From contig JBIJBE010000026.1 in the NCBI GenBank assembly GCA_044345405.1, positions 1-47,413 on the forward strand: a stretch of 47,413 nucleotides of DNA, given 5' to 3'. Both the position numbers and the translations under genes were made by a program. Source of the stretch: Bdellovibrionota bacterium (GTDB lineage: Bacteria; Bdellovibrionota_C; UBA2361; OMII01). This document shows, piece after piece, positions 19,120 to 29,254 of this stretch. How positions within the stretch are numbered: position 1 is the first letter of the stretch; each line of letters starts with the position of its first letter. Under the pieces are notes generated by a model. It was not told where the DNA came from and made no database searches. It saw only the letters and a program-made list of their open reading frames with translations.

Positions 19120-20208
19120 TTAGTGCTTTTGTTGGTCCACCATGGGCGCTAACACGCGCACCAATTCCGCCGCGAAATAGCTGTTCGTCTTCGGAGTGTA
19201 GTGCGCGCTTTCATTTATCAGGTCTTTTTTGTCAGGGAGGTCTCTCATAAATGGCGTGAAGTTGTAGTAGGGGAGCTTCCTCTGACGCGCGAAGTCCTCA
19301 ACGTAGGCATGGAAGGAGGGTACGTAGAGCCGCGGTCCGGGTAGATGAAATCGCTCTCGAAACTCATTGTGTCCATCGGGCATGAACGCTGGATGATAAG
19401 GATAGTTGACCAGCACTACGCCGATGTTGTTCTTTCGACAGTAGTTAACCATCGCGTCAATGAGCTTCATCGTTCGCGCAAAGGTCGGTTCCCACTGTTT
19501 GCCTGAATCGGGAAGATAGTGACCGTATCGATTCCAAGCGTACTCCCCCTCTGACCCGGAGGCCTCCTGGGCCGCGACTCTTGGATGAAACGTGTCGTGC
19601 CACGCTCTCCATGTGAGGCGGAGAAGTTTTGAATGTTTCAAGAACTCATATATCTCAGGAGGGATCCTCTCTGGATGGCCGGGGAGCACATCGGGATAGG
19701 CCGAAATAGGCAATCCATCTTGGTCTTTCACGACCGCGGGGATGTATTGAAGGTCGTCCTGCGGATCGCTGTCGTCAATTGAAATGACAACCAGGTTTGG
19801 TTTGAGGACCGGCGCGTAGTCCCTGAGGATGATCCCCTCGATACTTGGGGAGTAGGAATACCACCCTAAATTAAAGGTTTGAACCTTACGTTGTATGCCA
19901 TCAACCTTTCCTTCGCGAAAAAAGGTGCCAACCAACTGGGGAAACGCGTCCTCTCTCGAGGTCTCTCCCATCGTGAAACTATCTCCTAAAAACATGATGC
20001 GGTACGCGCTCTCGTCTACCGCGTCGACTCGCCCCAGCCACTCAGGACAATGATGATACTTACAGTCGATGGACTTTAAGGGAACGATATCAGTGTCTCT
20101 TACCTCAGGGAGAAAGAAGCGAGCGTATACCTCGCCAGCCGCGAGAAAGAGCGAGAGAGAGGAGAGAGATATACACGCGTTGACGAGAAAGGATTGGAGT
20201 CTCTTCAT
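19120..20208 (-). CDS. SGNH/GDSL hydrolase-fold protein, membrane anchored
   Basis: N-terminal TM (LFLAAGEVYARFF), block I FLGDSFT, block II FNLG..SYS and a terminal ESAHYT in place of DxxH. Confidence 0.85.
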   Translation of the reverse strand: MKRLQSFLVNACISLSSLSLFLAAGEVYARFFLPEVRDTDIVPLKSIDCKYHHCPEWLGRVDAVDESAYRIMFLGDSFTMGETSREDAFPQLVGTFFREGKVDGIQRKVQTFNLGWYSYSPSIEGIILRDYAPVLKPNLVVISIDDSDPQDDLQYIPAVVKDQDGLPISAYPDVLPGHPERIPPEIYEFLKHSKLLRLTWRAWHDTFHPRVAAQEASGSEGEYAWNRYGHYLPDSGKQWEPTFARTMKLIDAMVNYCRKNNIGVVLVNYPYHPAFMPDGHNEFRERFHLPGPRLYVPSFHAYVEDFARQRKLPYYNFTPFMRDLPDKKDLINESAHYTPKTNSYFAAELVRVLAPMVDQQKH

Positions 20209-20334
20209 AAAATAACCCGGAGGTGCAAACCGCACCGCGCAAGCTTAGAACATGCCTTGCGACCTGTCTTCTGTGTTCTCGCTCTGATCAACGTTTCAGC
20301 TGAAAATCGTGATGAGATGCTTTAGCCCAGAGGC

Positions 20335-21165
20335 TTACTTCGCCGCTCTCTTTCCACGCGGCTTTCTTTGACACGTTGGGCATATGTGCGTTCCTCGCTG
20401 GCCGACGACGATGCGCACGATGGTGTCCCTGCAACGAGAACATTTCTTCTCATCTCGCCCGTATACTCGTGGTTTATACATCCCCCCATCAACCACTCCA
20501 TCTCCGAAATCGCATCCAAGCTTCTCAATCGCTTCACGGAGGGTTTCCTGAATAGCTTTGTGGAGTTTAATCATGTGCTCGTGAGAAAGGGATGAGGTTC
20601 TGGTGAGTGGATGGACCCTAATCTTCCACAGCACTTCATCTACGTAGATGTTTCCGAGCCCCGCGATTACGGTCTGGTCGAGGAGGACAGGCTTAATTCT
20701 CCCTGCTTTTCGCGAAAGAACGCTAGAAAGAGCGTCGGGTGTGCAGGAAGGATCGAGGGGCTCAAGACCAAGGTGCCCAACGACATCATCGGGATCGTCA
20801 CAGAGCGTCATTCGACCGAACTTACGTGTGTCGTTAAAACGGATGCTCTTGCCTGAGTCAAGCTCCAGACACACCCTGTCGTGTCGATCCACCTCGAACT
20901 CTGTTGGGATCACATCGAGCGACCCACTCATGCGCAGATGGGTAAAAAGGTAGAGGGGCTTGGTCGAATCTAATCGCATGCCGATGTATTTGCCCCGACG
21001 AAAGAGTGAGGAGATCTTTGCTCCGGCGATATCACGCAGGAACGTTGAGGGATCGTTTGGTAAAACGGTTCGAGCCCACGAGACATGTGCGCGCGTTATC
21101 GTCGCTCCTTCGACGCGATCGCGGAGATAATCAACGGTTGCTTGGACCTCTGGAAGTTCGGGCAT
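20335..21165 (-). CDS. mutM: Formamidopyrimidine-DNA glycosylase (Fpg)
   Basis: MPELPEV, RRGKY, HLRMSG, DTRKFG, AGLGNIYVDE and a C-terminal C4 zinc finger. Confidence 0.98.
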   Translation of the reverse strand: MPELPEVQATVDYLRDRVEGATITRAHVSWARTVLPNDPSTFLRDIAGAKISSLFRRGKYIGMRLDSTKPLYLFTHLRMSGSLDVIPTEFEVDRHDRVCLELDSGKSIRFNDTRKFGRMTLCDDPDDVVGHLGLEPLDPSCTPDALSSVLSRKAGRIKPVLLDQTVIAGLGNIYVDEVLWKIRVHPLTRTSSLSHEHMIKLHKAIQETLREAIEKLGCDFGDGVVDGGMYKPRVYGRDEKKCSRCRDTIVRIVVGQRGTHICPTCQRKPRGKRAAK

Positions 21166-21393
21166 AACGGTTCGGTTTTAGTGGGAGTATAGCTGTTTTA
21201 TCGCGTCAGAGGGAGGTAGCGAGGAAGGAGGTTTATACAACTTGTTGGATTTACTACGACACTTTGGGTGCTGATGGTGCCTTGGGGTGGAGGGTCTCGG
21301 TAACCCCTTATTTTTATCGGTGATTCTGCCGATCCCCAACAGTGGAGGCCTACACCCACGATGCGCGTCGTTCACCGATACCAAAGCGAACAG

Positions 21394-22812
21394 ATGAACC
21401 TTGAGTTGTCGATCTCTGACGACAAGCTCAAGCTATTCGCCAAGGTTATTCCGCAGCCTAAATACTATGAGGCGAGCGAGGCCATCTTCATTGAGGAGTT
21501 GCTTAAAGTCACACAAGAGGAACGAATAGATCGGGACGTCGTTCAGGATATCATCTGGCAGCTTCATCAAGAGAAGGGATGTGAGGGGCGTCGAGTGGCG
21601 AAGGGCGAACCAGCGATCCTCGGTCGCGATGGAAAGGTGGTATGGCTGGTTCGCCGTTTCCGACAAGGCGCGTCAGTTGATTCGAGCAAAGAGCTCGCCG
21701 ATTTCTATCACTTGGGTCTCTTCGAAAATATTGAGGCGGGACGTGACGTCGCGCGTGTATACAAGCCAACAGAGGGGCGACCCGGTGTCGATGTGACCGG
21801 CGCGCCGATTCCGTCCAAGGCTGGAAAGCCGGTAACTGATCGATTCGATAAAAGTCTTGAATTCAAGCCCGATGAGCAGCGCGAGGACTATCAGACCCTT
21901 ATCGCCGCTGTGAGCGGCTATGCTCACGAGGAGAGTGGGAAGGTTTCGATTCGCAACCTCTTGGTGATCTCCGGAAATCTCGACTACGAGATGGGCCACA
22001 TCGACTTTATCGGGAGTGTTCGGGTTGGTGGCGACGTACAGAAAGGATTCCACATAAAAGCGCGAGGAGATATCGAGATCGGAGGATCGGTCTTGGGAGA
22101 GAATCAGCTCACGAGTGAGGGGTCGGTTACCATACGGGGGTTTCATCAGGGCGGAGAGGGATCGATGCTTCGGGCCCGCAATAATTACTCCGTCGGCGTC
22201 GTTCAAAATGTCACGGCGGATGTCGGTGGGAATATCACCATCCTTAAAGAGGCTCGTGATTGCGCCTTCCGAGCCTCCGCCGCTGTGATAGCGCCACAAG
22301 CGACGATAGTGGGTGGCACGATTTGGTGCGTTCAGGGATTCGAGGGGAAAGTTCTAGGCAACTCCGCCGGGGTGCGAACGACCGTTGAGTTGCGAAATGA
22401 GTTGGAGGTGACGCCGGAGTACCGGCGTGTGGAGGAGAGCATTAAGAAGCACGAGGTTGCCATCGCGGCGCTCGAGCTTCACATCGGCCCTTACCTGCAA
22501 AACAGAAAGCGGGTACCTCTCCTCGCCGCGAAATTCAAGCAGAAGATCACAGAGCTCTTGCATAAGTACGATGGTGTTGAGGCTTCCCTGGCGAAGCTAC
22601 AAGAGTCCTTAAAGCAGATGCGAGAGTCGAAGCCGATGGAGGAGTCATCGAGAATCAGTGTTCTTGGCATGGTGTACTCGGGTGTTGTGCTGAACACTAC
22701 CGCGGCGAAGTTTGAATTTCATGAAGATCAACAGGGCCCGCTTAGCTTCAAGCCGCAACCGGCTGAAGGGGAGTGGGCCTCAGTGTCGTATGAACCGTTG
22801 AAAAAGGGATAG
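21394..22812 (+). CDS. FapA / DUF342 family protein
   Basis: VAKGEPAILGRDG, GRPGVDVTGAPIP, GNLDYEMGHIDFIGSVRVGGDV...IKARGDIEI beta-helix and a coiled coil. An alternative start is 21361. Confidence 0.9.
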   Translation: MNLELSISDDKLKLFAKVIPQPKYYEASEAIFIEELLKVTQEERIDRDVVQDIIWQLHQEKGCEGRRVAKGEPAILGRDGKVVWLVRRFRQGASVDSSKELADFYHLGLFENIEAGRDVARVYKPTEGRPGVDVTGAPIPSKAGKPVTDRFDKSLEFKPDEQREDYQTLIAAVSGYAHEESGKVSIRNLLVISGNLDYEMGHIDFIGSVRVGGDVQKGFHIKARGDIEIGGSVLGENQLTSEGSVTIRGFHQGGEGSMLRARNNYSVGVVQNVTADVGGNITILKEARDCAFRASAAVIAPQATIVGGTIWCVQGFEGKVLGNSAGVRTTVELRNELEVTPEYRRVEESIKKHEVAIAALELHIGPYLQNRKRVPLLAAKFKQKITELLHKYDGVEASLAKLQESLKQMRESKPMEESSRISVLGMVYSGVVLNTTAAKFEFHEDQQGPLSFKPQPAEGEWASVSYEPLKKG

Positions 22813-22814
22813 GT

Positions 22815-23315
22815 ATGGACCAGAAGACGCTCATGTCTACATTACATTCAGCTACGGCGAGAGGGATCCAGCTTATTCCGCCGAACATCTTGAGCGAGAG
22901 CATCGGCTCCATCGGGCTTAAGGATCCCCTGACAATCGCCCCTACGGCGACGTTGCAGGATTGTCTCGACACGATGCAGAGGCATCGAGTGGGGAGCCTT
23001 CTCATCACCGACGAGAACGACAAGTTGGTTGGTATCTTTACGGAGCGTGATTTTCTTCTCAAGGTCATGGGGAAGATTGCTGATCTTTCGAGCCGCTCGG
23101 TCAGGGAATTTATGACGAAGGACCCGGTACGTGAGAAGCCAGAGGCATCGCTTGCGTTCGCGTTAAGCGTCATGTCTCACGGAGGGTTTCGACACGTGCC
23201 GATCGTGGATCAGGACGACGTGCCTATTGGAATAGTATCGGTTAAGGATGTGGTCGATCACTTCGTTCGAAGGATGCTCGATGGCATCTTCGCCTCGGTC
23301 GATACCGCTCTCTAA
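22815..23315 (+). CDS. CBS-pair domain protein
   Basis: LVGIFTERD and GFRHVPIVD...GIVSVKD; starts 2 bp after the fapA stop. Confidence 0.92.
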   Translation: MDQKTLMSTLHSATARGIQLIPPNILSESIGSIGLKDPLTIAPTATLQDCLDTMQRHRVGSLLITDENDKLVGIFTERDFLLKVMGKIADLSSRSVREFMTKDPVREKPEASLAFALSVMSHGGFRHVPIVDQDDVPIGIVSVKDVVDHFVRRMLDGIFASVDTAL

Positions 23316-23332
23316 GGCATATAGTTCTGGCG

Positions 23333-24049
23333 TCACGGAGCTTTGGTTTCGGGCGTGAGGATAAGCTCATCTTCGAATGGTGATTCAACAACTATCTCTT
23401 TGCCAAAAATCGGGTGTGTGAACGTCACCTGGTATGCGTGGAGAAAAAATCTCCGTGAGGATTGTACGATCGGAGGGAGTGGCCTTGTCGATCCGTATAA
23501 CGAATCTCCAACGAGTGGAACCCCAAGGTGAGCGGCGTGCGCTCGAACCTGATGCCGTCGAGCGGGAGACGCGGAGGCTAGCAGGATGGTCACGTTGTGG
23601 AGTGGGATGTAGAGATGCGGGGAGTACTTCGTCATTCCCTCCAGAGCGCGAGCCCGTGAGGGGGGGCGTTTCTCGTAGATCTTCACCTTCGATGCGCCAC
23701 GATTAGGGCTACCGATGAATGAGGTGATGGCGAAGTCCTTTGTGACGCGTCCCTCAACGAGCACCGCGTACCTTTTATGGACCGCTCCGTTGAGCGCCTG
23801 CTTGTAGAGCCTCTCCCATACGCTTCGGCTCGTGGCGCCGAGAAGGATGCCGCTCGTTTCCTCGTCGAGGCGATTGACGAGTCCGGCGTCCCCCGGTTTT
23901 TCGCTCGCCGTGCCGAGGGAAGGGTTTTCGCGCAGGAGTTCATCTGCGATCGACCAGCCACCACCTTTTCGGAGCTGGACAGAGTGAGCGCCTGCGGGTT
24001 TGTACACCGCGAAGATGTCACCATCGTCGAAGAGGAATTTGAGCGCCAT
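23333..24049 (-). CDS. RluA-family RNA pseudouridine synthase
   Basis: YKPAG, VNRLDEETSG (catalytic Asp), RRHQVRAH, PLVGDSLYG and FLHA. Start set at 24049 because the longer ORF runs through REP and terminator sequence, and TTGCGA-N17-TACATT lies just upstream. Confidence 0.92.
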   Translation of the reverse strand: MALKFLFDDGDIFAVYKPAGAHSVQLRKGGGWSIADELLRENPSLGTASEKPGDAGLVNRLDEETSGILLGATSRSVWERLYKQALNGAVHKRYAVLVEGRVTKDFAITSFIGSPNRGASKVKIYEKRPPSRARALEGMTKYSPHLYIPLHNVTILLASASPARRHQVRAHAAHLGVPLVGDSLYGSTRPLPPIVQSSRRFFLHAYQVTFTHPIFGKEIVVESPFEDELILTPETKAP

Positions 24050-24114
24050 AGGTATCGGTAATTCGAATGTAGCGTTGAGAGGGGATTGTCGCAATTGGGA
24101 GAGGGGGGATGAAG

Positions 24115-24202
24115 TTTCGGCGACCGTGGACGGTTGCCCTCCCTGATCACGGGTCGTTGTGGTCCGCATGTTGGGAAGGCGGTCGTCCTCGACCGCCGCG
24201 TT
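24115..24202. repeat. REP doublet (copy A)
   Basis: TTTCGGCGACCGTGGACGGTTGCCCTCCC-N29-GGGAAGGCGGTCGTCCTCGACCGCCGCGTT; same layout as 29255-29332. Confidence 0.8.
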
Positions 24203-24211
24203 CGCCCCTCC

Positions 24212-24244
24212 AAAAAAAAGGGCCACCCGAAGGCGGCCCCTTTT
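24212..24244 (-). terminator. Intrinsic (possibly bidirectional) terminator of hppA
   Basis: A7-GGGCCACC-CGAA-GGCGGCCCC-TTTT, 16 bp past the hppA stop. Confidence 0.8.
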
Positions 24245-24260
24245 CATGGAACGAGCTGGA

Positions 24261-26333
24261 TTACGAGGTCCAGATCTTCGCCAATACTGGAGCTATGAGG
24301 AGCGCCAGGATCGACACCATCTTGATGAGGATGTTAAGGGATGGGCCAGAGGTGTCCTTGAACGGATCGCCTACAGTGTCACCGACAACAGCCGCCTTGT
24401 GAGCGTCTGAACCCTTCTTCTCTCCCTCAACGAGCCCTTGCTCGATGTACTTCTTGGCGTTGTCCCATGCGCCACCTGTGTTGGCCATGAAGATTCCAAG
24501 AACTACTCCAACGATAGTTGTCCCAAGGAGGAGTCCAGCGAGAGCCGCTGGGCCCATCGCCAATCCAACAACGATCGGAGTGATGAAGGCTACCAAACCA
24601 GGAGCGCGCATCTCAGTAAGAGCGGCCTTGGTTGAGATCTCCACGCATCGAGAAACGTCAGGCTTAACACCTTCACGTCCCTCAAGGAGGCCAGCGATCT
24701 CACGGAACTGACGACGAATCTCAGTTACGATGAGGGCCGCTGCTTTTCCTACCGATTGCATTGTGAACGCAACGATAAGGCCTGGAAGCATCGCGCCGAT
24801 GAACACTCCCACAAGGAGGGTCGGGTTGGTGATAGCCAGGTCAACCTTGCCAGCTGGGAAGCTCTGGGTGAACGCTCCGAATACCGCGAGAGCTGTGAGC
24901 CCTGCGGATCCGATCGCGAAGCCCTTTCCGATAGCGGCTGTGGTGTTGCCAAGAGCGTCGAGCTTGTCCGTGATGTCACGGGTCTCTTTGCCAAGTTGGG
25001 CCATCTCGGAGATTCCGCCAGCGTTATCCGCGATCGGGCCGTAGGCGTCGATCGTCATGATGATGCCGGTTGTCGCGAGCATCGCCACACCAGCGATAGC
25101 CACACCATACACACCACCGAAGGAGTTCGAGATAAGAACCGCCGCTACGATGATGATGAGTGGGAGCGTTACGCTGCGGAAACCAACGGCGATACCGTTA
25201 ATAACGCAGGTAGCTGGTCCGGTCTTGGATGCGTTCACGATCTCATACACCGGCTTTGAGGAGGTGTAGTACTCCGTGGTCAATCCGATTCCGATACCGC
25301 AGAAGGTTCCGAAGATAACCGGAATCCAAAGCGATACACTTACCGGTGTCACCAAGAAGAAGCCGAGGGCCGCGATGATGAAGAGCACGGAAGCCAAGAG
25401 GATCGTGGTTCGCAACGCCTTAGCTGGATCTCCGTCCTTAAGGAAGGACATCCACTTGATGGCGATGAAGGAACCGATCGATCCAAGGAGTCCAAGGATG
25501 AGCGGGGTAGCCATGAGCCAGATCTTGTAGCCCTCAACCGTCGAAGGGTCACCGGTATAGTCGGTGAGCGTTTGAAGGTCGGCCAAGCTGATCGTCGCCG
25601 CGAGAGCCAAGCATCCGATGAGACATGTTACGTATGACTCGAAGATGTCAGCGCCCATTCCGGCTACGTCACCCACGTTGTCACCAACGTTGTCAGCGAT
25701 TACGCCAGGATTTCTGGGGTCATCTTCCGGAATACCTGCCTCAACCTTACCAACGAGGTCAGAACCTACGTCAGCGGCCTTGGTGTAAATTCCTCCGCCC
25801 ACGCGCGCGAAGAGCGCTACTGAGGACGCTCCCATCGCGAATCCGATGATCGGCTCGTGGTGAGCTGGAGTTCCGAATACAAGGAAGAGAACGCCGACGC
25901 CGATAAGTCCGAGCGCCGCTACCGAGAGACCCATCACCGCGCCGCCGTTGAAGGCGGTCATGAGGGCCTGTCCTGGCTGAGCCTCTGAGGCTGCCTGAGC
26001 TGTACGGACGTTCGAGAGGGTCGCTGACTTCATTCCAAGATAACCAGCGAGAAGTGAGCTGCCGGCTCCGAAAACGAACGCAAGCGCTGTTGGGAGTTGT
26101 AACGCCCACCAGATAACGAGGAACGCTCCGATGATGAACATCGAGAGGTACTGAGCTTGCTTACGAAGGTACGCGATAGCGCCATCGCGAATCGCGGCGC
26201 TGATCTCTTGCATGCGAGCGTTGCCCGCAGGAAGAGCTTGAATGCCAACGTACAATTTGTACGCAAGCGCGAATCCAATCAGGCCGAACAACGGGATGGC
26301 CCAACTGAAGAGGGACAAAGAGAATGCTTCCAT
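24261..26333 (-). CDS. hppA: Membrane-bound cation-translocating pyrophosphatase, K+-dependent type (probably Na+-pumping)
   Basis: GGGIYTKAADVGSDLVGKVE, EDDPRNP, DNVGDNVGD, GNTTAA (Ala determinant) and GDTVGDPFKDTSGP. Confidence 0.97.
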   Translation of the reverse strand: MEAFSLSLFSWAIPLFGLIGFALAYKLYVGIQALPAGNARMQEISAAIRDGAIAYLRKQAQYLSMFIIGAFLVIWWALQLPTALAFVFGAGSSLLAGYLGMKSATLSNVRTAQAASEAQPGQALMTAFNGGAVMGLSVAALGLIGVGVLFLVFGTPAHHEPIIGFAMGASSVALFARVGGGIYTKAADVGSDLVGKVEAGIPEDDPRNPGVIADNVGDNVGDVAGMGADIFESYVTCLIGCLALAATISLADLQTLTDYTGDPSTVEGYKIWLMATPLILGLLGSIGSFIAIKWMSFLKDGDPAKALRTTILLASVLFIIAALGFFLVTPVSVSLWIPVIFGTFCGIGIGLTTEYYTSSKPVYEIVNASKTGPATCVINGIAVGFRSVTLPLIIIVAAVLISNSFGGVYGVAIAGVAMLATTGIIMTIDAYGPIADNAGGISEMAQLGKETRDITDKLDALGNTTAAIGKGFAIGSAGLTALAVFGAFTQSFPAGKVDLAITNPTLLVGVFIGAMLPGLIVAFTMQSVGKAAALIVTEIRRQFREIAGLLEGREGVKPDVSRCVEISTKAALTEMRAPGLVAFITPIVVGLAMGPAALAGLLLGTTIVGVVLGIFMANTGGAWDNAKKYIEQGLVEGEKKGSDAHKAAVVGDTVGDPFKDTSGPSLNILIKMVSILALLIAPVLAKIWTS

Positions 26334-26594
26334 GTCTAAACTCAACTTTTAAATGTCATGATTCAATAGCTCACAACCAAACCGGCATGGCCTTAAGAAA
26401 GCTCTTCGAATCCGTGGACACCACAAGCTCAAAGGGCTTTCGGACGCATCGGTACAGCTTGGCTGTAAGTGCCTGAAACTACAGGCGGGGCGATTCTAGC
26501 CGTATTGTATATAGAGTCAACCCGAATGTGTTTTGGGGGATGGTGTGTAACGGGTTGGATTTGTAGTGATTTCGGGAGGGGGGCTTGGATGATT

Positions 26595-26648
26595 GGGAGG
26601 GCGACCGTCCTCCCTCGACTATGCTCGGGACAGGACGGTCGCCCTCCC
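26595..26648. repeat. Composite REP-derived palindrome
   Basis: Perfect 17-bp inverted repeat GGGAGGGCGACCGTCCT / AGGACGGTCGCCCTCCC enclosing CCCTCGACTATGCTCGGGAC. Confidence 0.75.
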
Positions 26649-26666
26649 TGGGGCAGACGGGGTATC

Positions 26667-27206
26667 TTATAGCAACCGCTCCGGCCGTTGGCGTCGCTCA
26701 GGTCGCTCAGGTCGCGCTCCAGCCGAATCGTCCTGTCCTCTCCCTCGAGGTTGATCCCGCGGCTTGTCCTCTATCCCCACCGCGTTCGTCGGCTGAGAGT
26801 ACTCATCCCCGCCATCCTCCGGAGTTGTCTCCTCGGTCTCCTTCGGCGCGCAGGTCGCCTCCTCGGCAGTAACGAGGGCTACTCTAAACTGCGAGAGCGT
26901 GGCCTTCGAGAGCATCTTCGCCTTAACTAAACCCTTGAGTGCTGGGCCTACCTTTGCTCCGCCTTTGCGGAAACATGCGTGACATACTTCCGCGTCCGCG
27001 GTTGGCGCGCAGGTATTTGTGATTGAGGCCACCACCGAATCTGCCGAGATGTAGGCGCCAGGGACAACGCACCCCAAGGAATTGAGCGATTGAGTTATGG
27101 TCTCTAATGAGCACTGTTGATCTGTTTGACCGATCGCTTGCTGAGGCATGAAGGCGAAGGTGGCGAGAAAGCTCATGGTGGCGATAAAGGAAGTGCGTAC
27201 GTTCAT
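26667..27206 (-). CDS. Hypothetical secreted protein, 6 Cys, with charged disordered tail
   Basis: Signal peptide (…QQAIG), AGGA upstream of the ATG, CHAC motif and PERPERR tail. Confidence 0.65.
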   Translation of the reverse strand: MNVRTSFIATMSFLATFAFMPQQAIGQTDQQCSLETITQSLNSLGCVVPGAYISADSVVASITNTCAPTADAEVCHACFRKGGAKVGPALKGLVKAKMLSKATLSQFRVALVTAEEATCAPKETEETTPEDGGDEYSQPTNAVGIEDKPRDQPRGRGQDDSAGARPERPERRQRPERLL

Positions 27207-27369
27207 GGATGATCCTGTGGTTACGTTGACGTCGACCGTCTGAGCAAGCTTCGGACCATGTGCCGAACGCGTCAAAAACGACCCTCCGCGAGGCACTTAG
27301 CGGTCCTCGTGATGGAACTGATATTCTCCTCGTGGAAAAGTTTGCGCAGAGCGCCGCCTGGCAACAAAG

Positions 27370-27410
27370 CAGAAGGGCCGGCAGAGGTTTTATCTCTACC
27401 GGCCCTTCTG
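27370..27410 (-). terminator. Hairpin/terminator downstream of ettA
   Basis: CAGAAGGGCCGGCAGAG...CTCTACCGGCCCTTCTG inverted repeat 15 bp after the stop. Confidence 0.7.
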
Positions 27411-27425
27411 AAAACCTCCCCATTC

Positions 27426-29099
27426 TTAGTGGGTCAGCTTCTTGTACTTGATGCGGTGCGGTGTCTCAGCGTCAGCTCCAAGACGTCGACGCCGATCGGC
27501 TTCGTAGTCTTGGTAGTTACCCTCGAACCACACGACGTTGCTGTCTCCCTCGAACGCGAGGATGTGGGTCGCGATTCGGTCCAGGAACCACCGGTCATGG
27601 CTTATCACCACCGCGCATCCAGCGAAGTTGAGAAGAGCTTCCTCAAGAGCTCGGAGTGTATTCACATCGAGGTCGTTCGTTGGCTCGTCGAGAAGGATTA
27701 CGTTTCCGCCCGCTCGAAGCATCTTCGCCATGTGGACACGATTACGCTCTCCACCGGAGAGCGCTCCCATCAACTTCTGTTGGTCTTGGCCACCAAAGTT
27801 GAATCGAGAGACGTAGGCGCGGCCGTTAACCTCTTTGGTGCCGAGCTTGATAATATCGTCGCCCCCTGTGATCTCCTCAAAGACCGAGTTCTTATCGTTG
27901 ATCGCTTCGCGGCTCTGATCCATGTAGGCGAGCGATACCGTCTCTCCGACCTTGAAGGTTCCGTTGTCCGCATTCTCTTTGCCTGTGATGAGCTTGAAGA
28001 GGGTCGTCTTACCGGCGCCGTTCGGTCCGATAATGCCCACGATACCTCCACGAGGGAGGTTGAAGCTCAAATTCTCAAAGAGAACTTTGTCCCCGAAGGA
28101 TTTTGAGATCCCATCAGCTTGGATAACAACCTCACCGAGACGAGGCCCCGGTGGGATGTAAAGCTCAAGGTCATCAACCTGTTTGGACTGCTCTTGGTTG
28201 AGAAGCTCCTCGTACGCTTTGATACGAGCCTTCGACTTAGCTTGGCGAGCGCGAGGGGATTGCTGAATCCACTCAAGCTCTCGGGCGAGGGTCTTCTGTC
28301 TCTTCGACTCCGATTTCTCCTCAAGCTCAAGACGGTTTTTCTTCTGCTCAAGCCACCCTGAATAGTTCCCTTCCCATGGAACGCCGTGCCCACGGTCGAG
28401 CTCAAGGATCCATTTTGCGACGTTATCGAGGAAATATCGATCATGGGTAACGCAGAGAACGGCGCCTGGATATTCACTCAAGTGACGCTCCAGCCACGCT
28501 ACCGACTCGGCGTCGAGGTGGTTGGTTGGCTCGTCGAGAAGGAGTACCTCTGGCTTCTCAAGGAGCAGCTTGCACAACGCCACGCGGCGCTTCTCTCCAC
28601 CGGAGAGGTTCTCAACGCTTGAGTCCCCTGGAGGACATCGAAGTGCGTCCATCGCGATGTCGAGTGTCCGATCGAGATCCCACGCGCCACACGCGTCGAT
28701 CTTATCTTGAAGCACTGATTGCTTATCGATCAGCTTCTCCATCTCCTCTGGCGAGATATCCTCGCCGAGCTTGGCGCTGATCGCTTCAAAGTCTTTGAGG
28801 AGTGTCGCCGCCTCTTTACATCCCTCCATGACGTTCTCTTTGACCGTCTTGGTTGGGTCGAGCTTCGGCTCCTGCTCGAGGTAGCCGATCGTAAGGTTCG
28901 GGCGATTGGTAACTTCACCCGAATACTCTTTATCGATACCGGCGATGATCTTCAGGATGCTCGACTTACCGGAGCCGTTTAATCCGACGATTCCGATCTT
29001 CGCGCCCTCGAAGAATGAGAGGGAGATATCTTTAAGAACCTGCTTACCCGGTGGGTACACACGGTTCACTTTGTGCATGGAAAAAATAATTGGTGGCAT
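27426..29099 (-). CDS. ettA: Energy-dependent translational throttle ABC-F ATPase EttA
   Basis: VLKDISLSFFEGAKIG, two ABC cassettes, DALRCPP, LYIPPGPRLG and the C-terminal PHRIKYKKL. Confidence 0.97.
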   Translation of the reverse strand: MPPIIFSMHKVNRVYPPGKQVLKDISLSFFEGAKIGIVGLNGSGKSSILKIIAGIDKEYSGEVTNRPNLTIGYLEQEPKLDPTKTVKENVMEGCKEAATLLKDFEAISAKLGEDISPEEMEKLIDKQSVLQDKIDACGAWDLDRTLDIAMDALRCPPGDSSVENLSGGEKRRVALCKLLLEKPEVLLLDEPTNHLDAESVAWLERHLSEYPGAVLCVTHDRYFLDNVAKWILELDRGHGVPWEGNYSGWLEQKKNRLELEEKSESKRQKTLARELEWIQQSPRARQAKSKARIKAYEELLNQEQSKQVDDLELYIPPGPRLGEVVIQADGISKSFGDKVLFENLSFNLPRGGIVGIIGPNGAGKTTLFKLITGKENADNGTFKVGETVSLAYMDQSREAINDKNSVFEEITGGDDIIKLGTKEVNGRAYVSRFNFGGQDQQKLMGALSGGERNRVHMAKMLRAGGNVILLDEPTNDLDVNTLRALEEALLNFAGCAVVISHDRWFLDRIATHILAFEGDSNVVWFEGNYQDYEADRRRRLGADAETPHRIKYKKLTH

Positions 29100-29254
29100 G
29101 GGGAGAACATACCGCTCTGTGGTGTTGGGGAGCAAGGGGAGGGAGGGGGATCTTTGGGGGGTGCTGTGAGGGAATACTGGGGGTCGGCGAACTGTAGTGG
29201 ACGGCCCCCGGAATAATCGTTGCGAAAGATGAGGGCCGTTTGCGAGGTGTCATC

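Noticed and set aside
17643-20235. Genomic island integrated at tRNA-Asn
   Set aside because: No integrase and no duplicate of the tRNA 3' end seen in the window.
24050-24247. N-terminal extensions of RluA (and of the TadE-like ORF at 29240-29560)
   Set aside because: They run through terminator and REP sequence; better starts with a promoter or RBS lie downstream.
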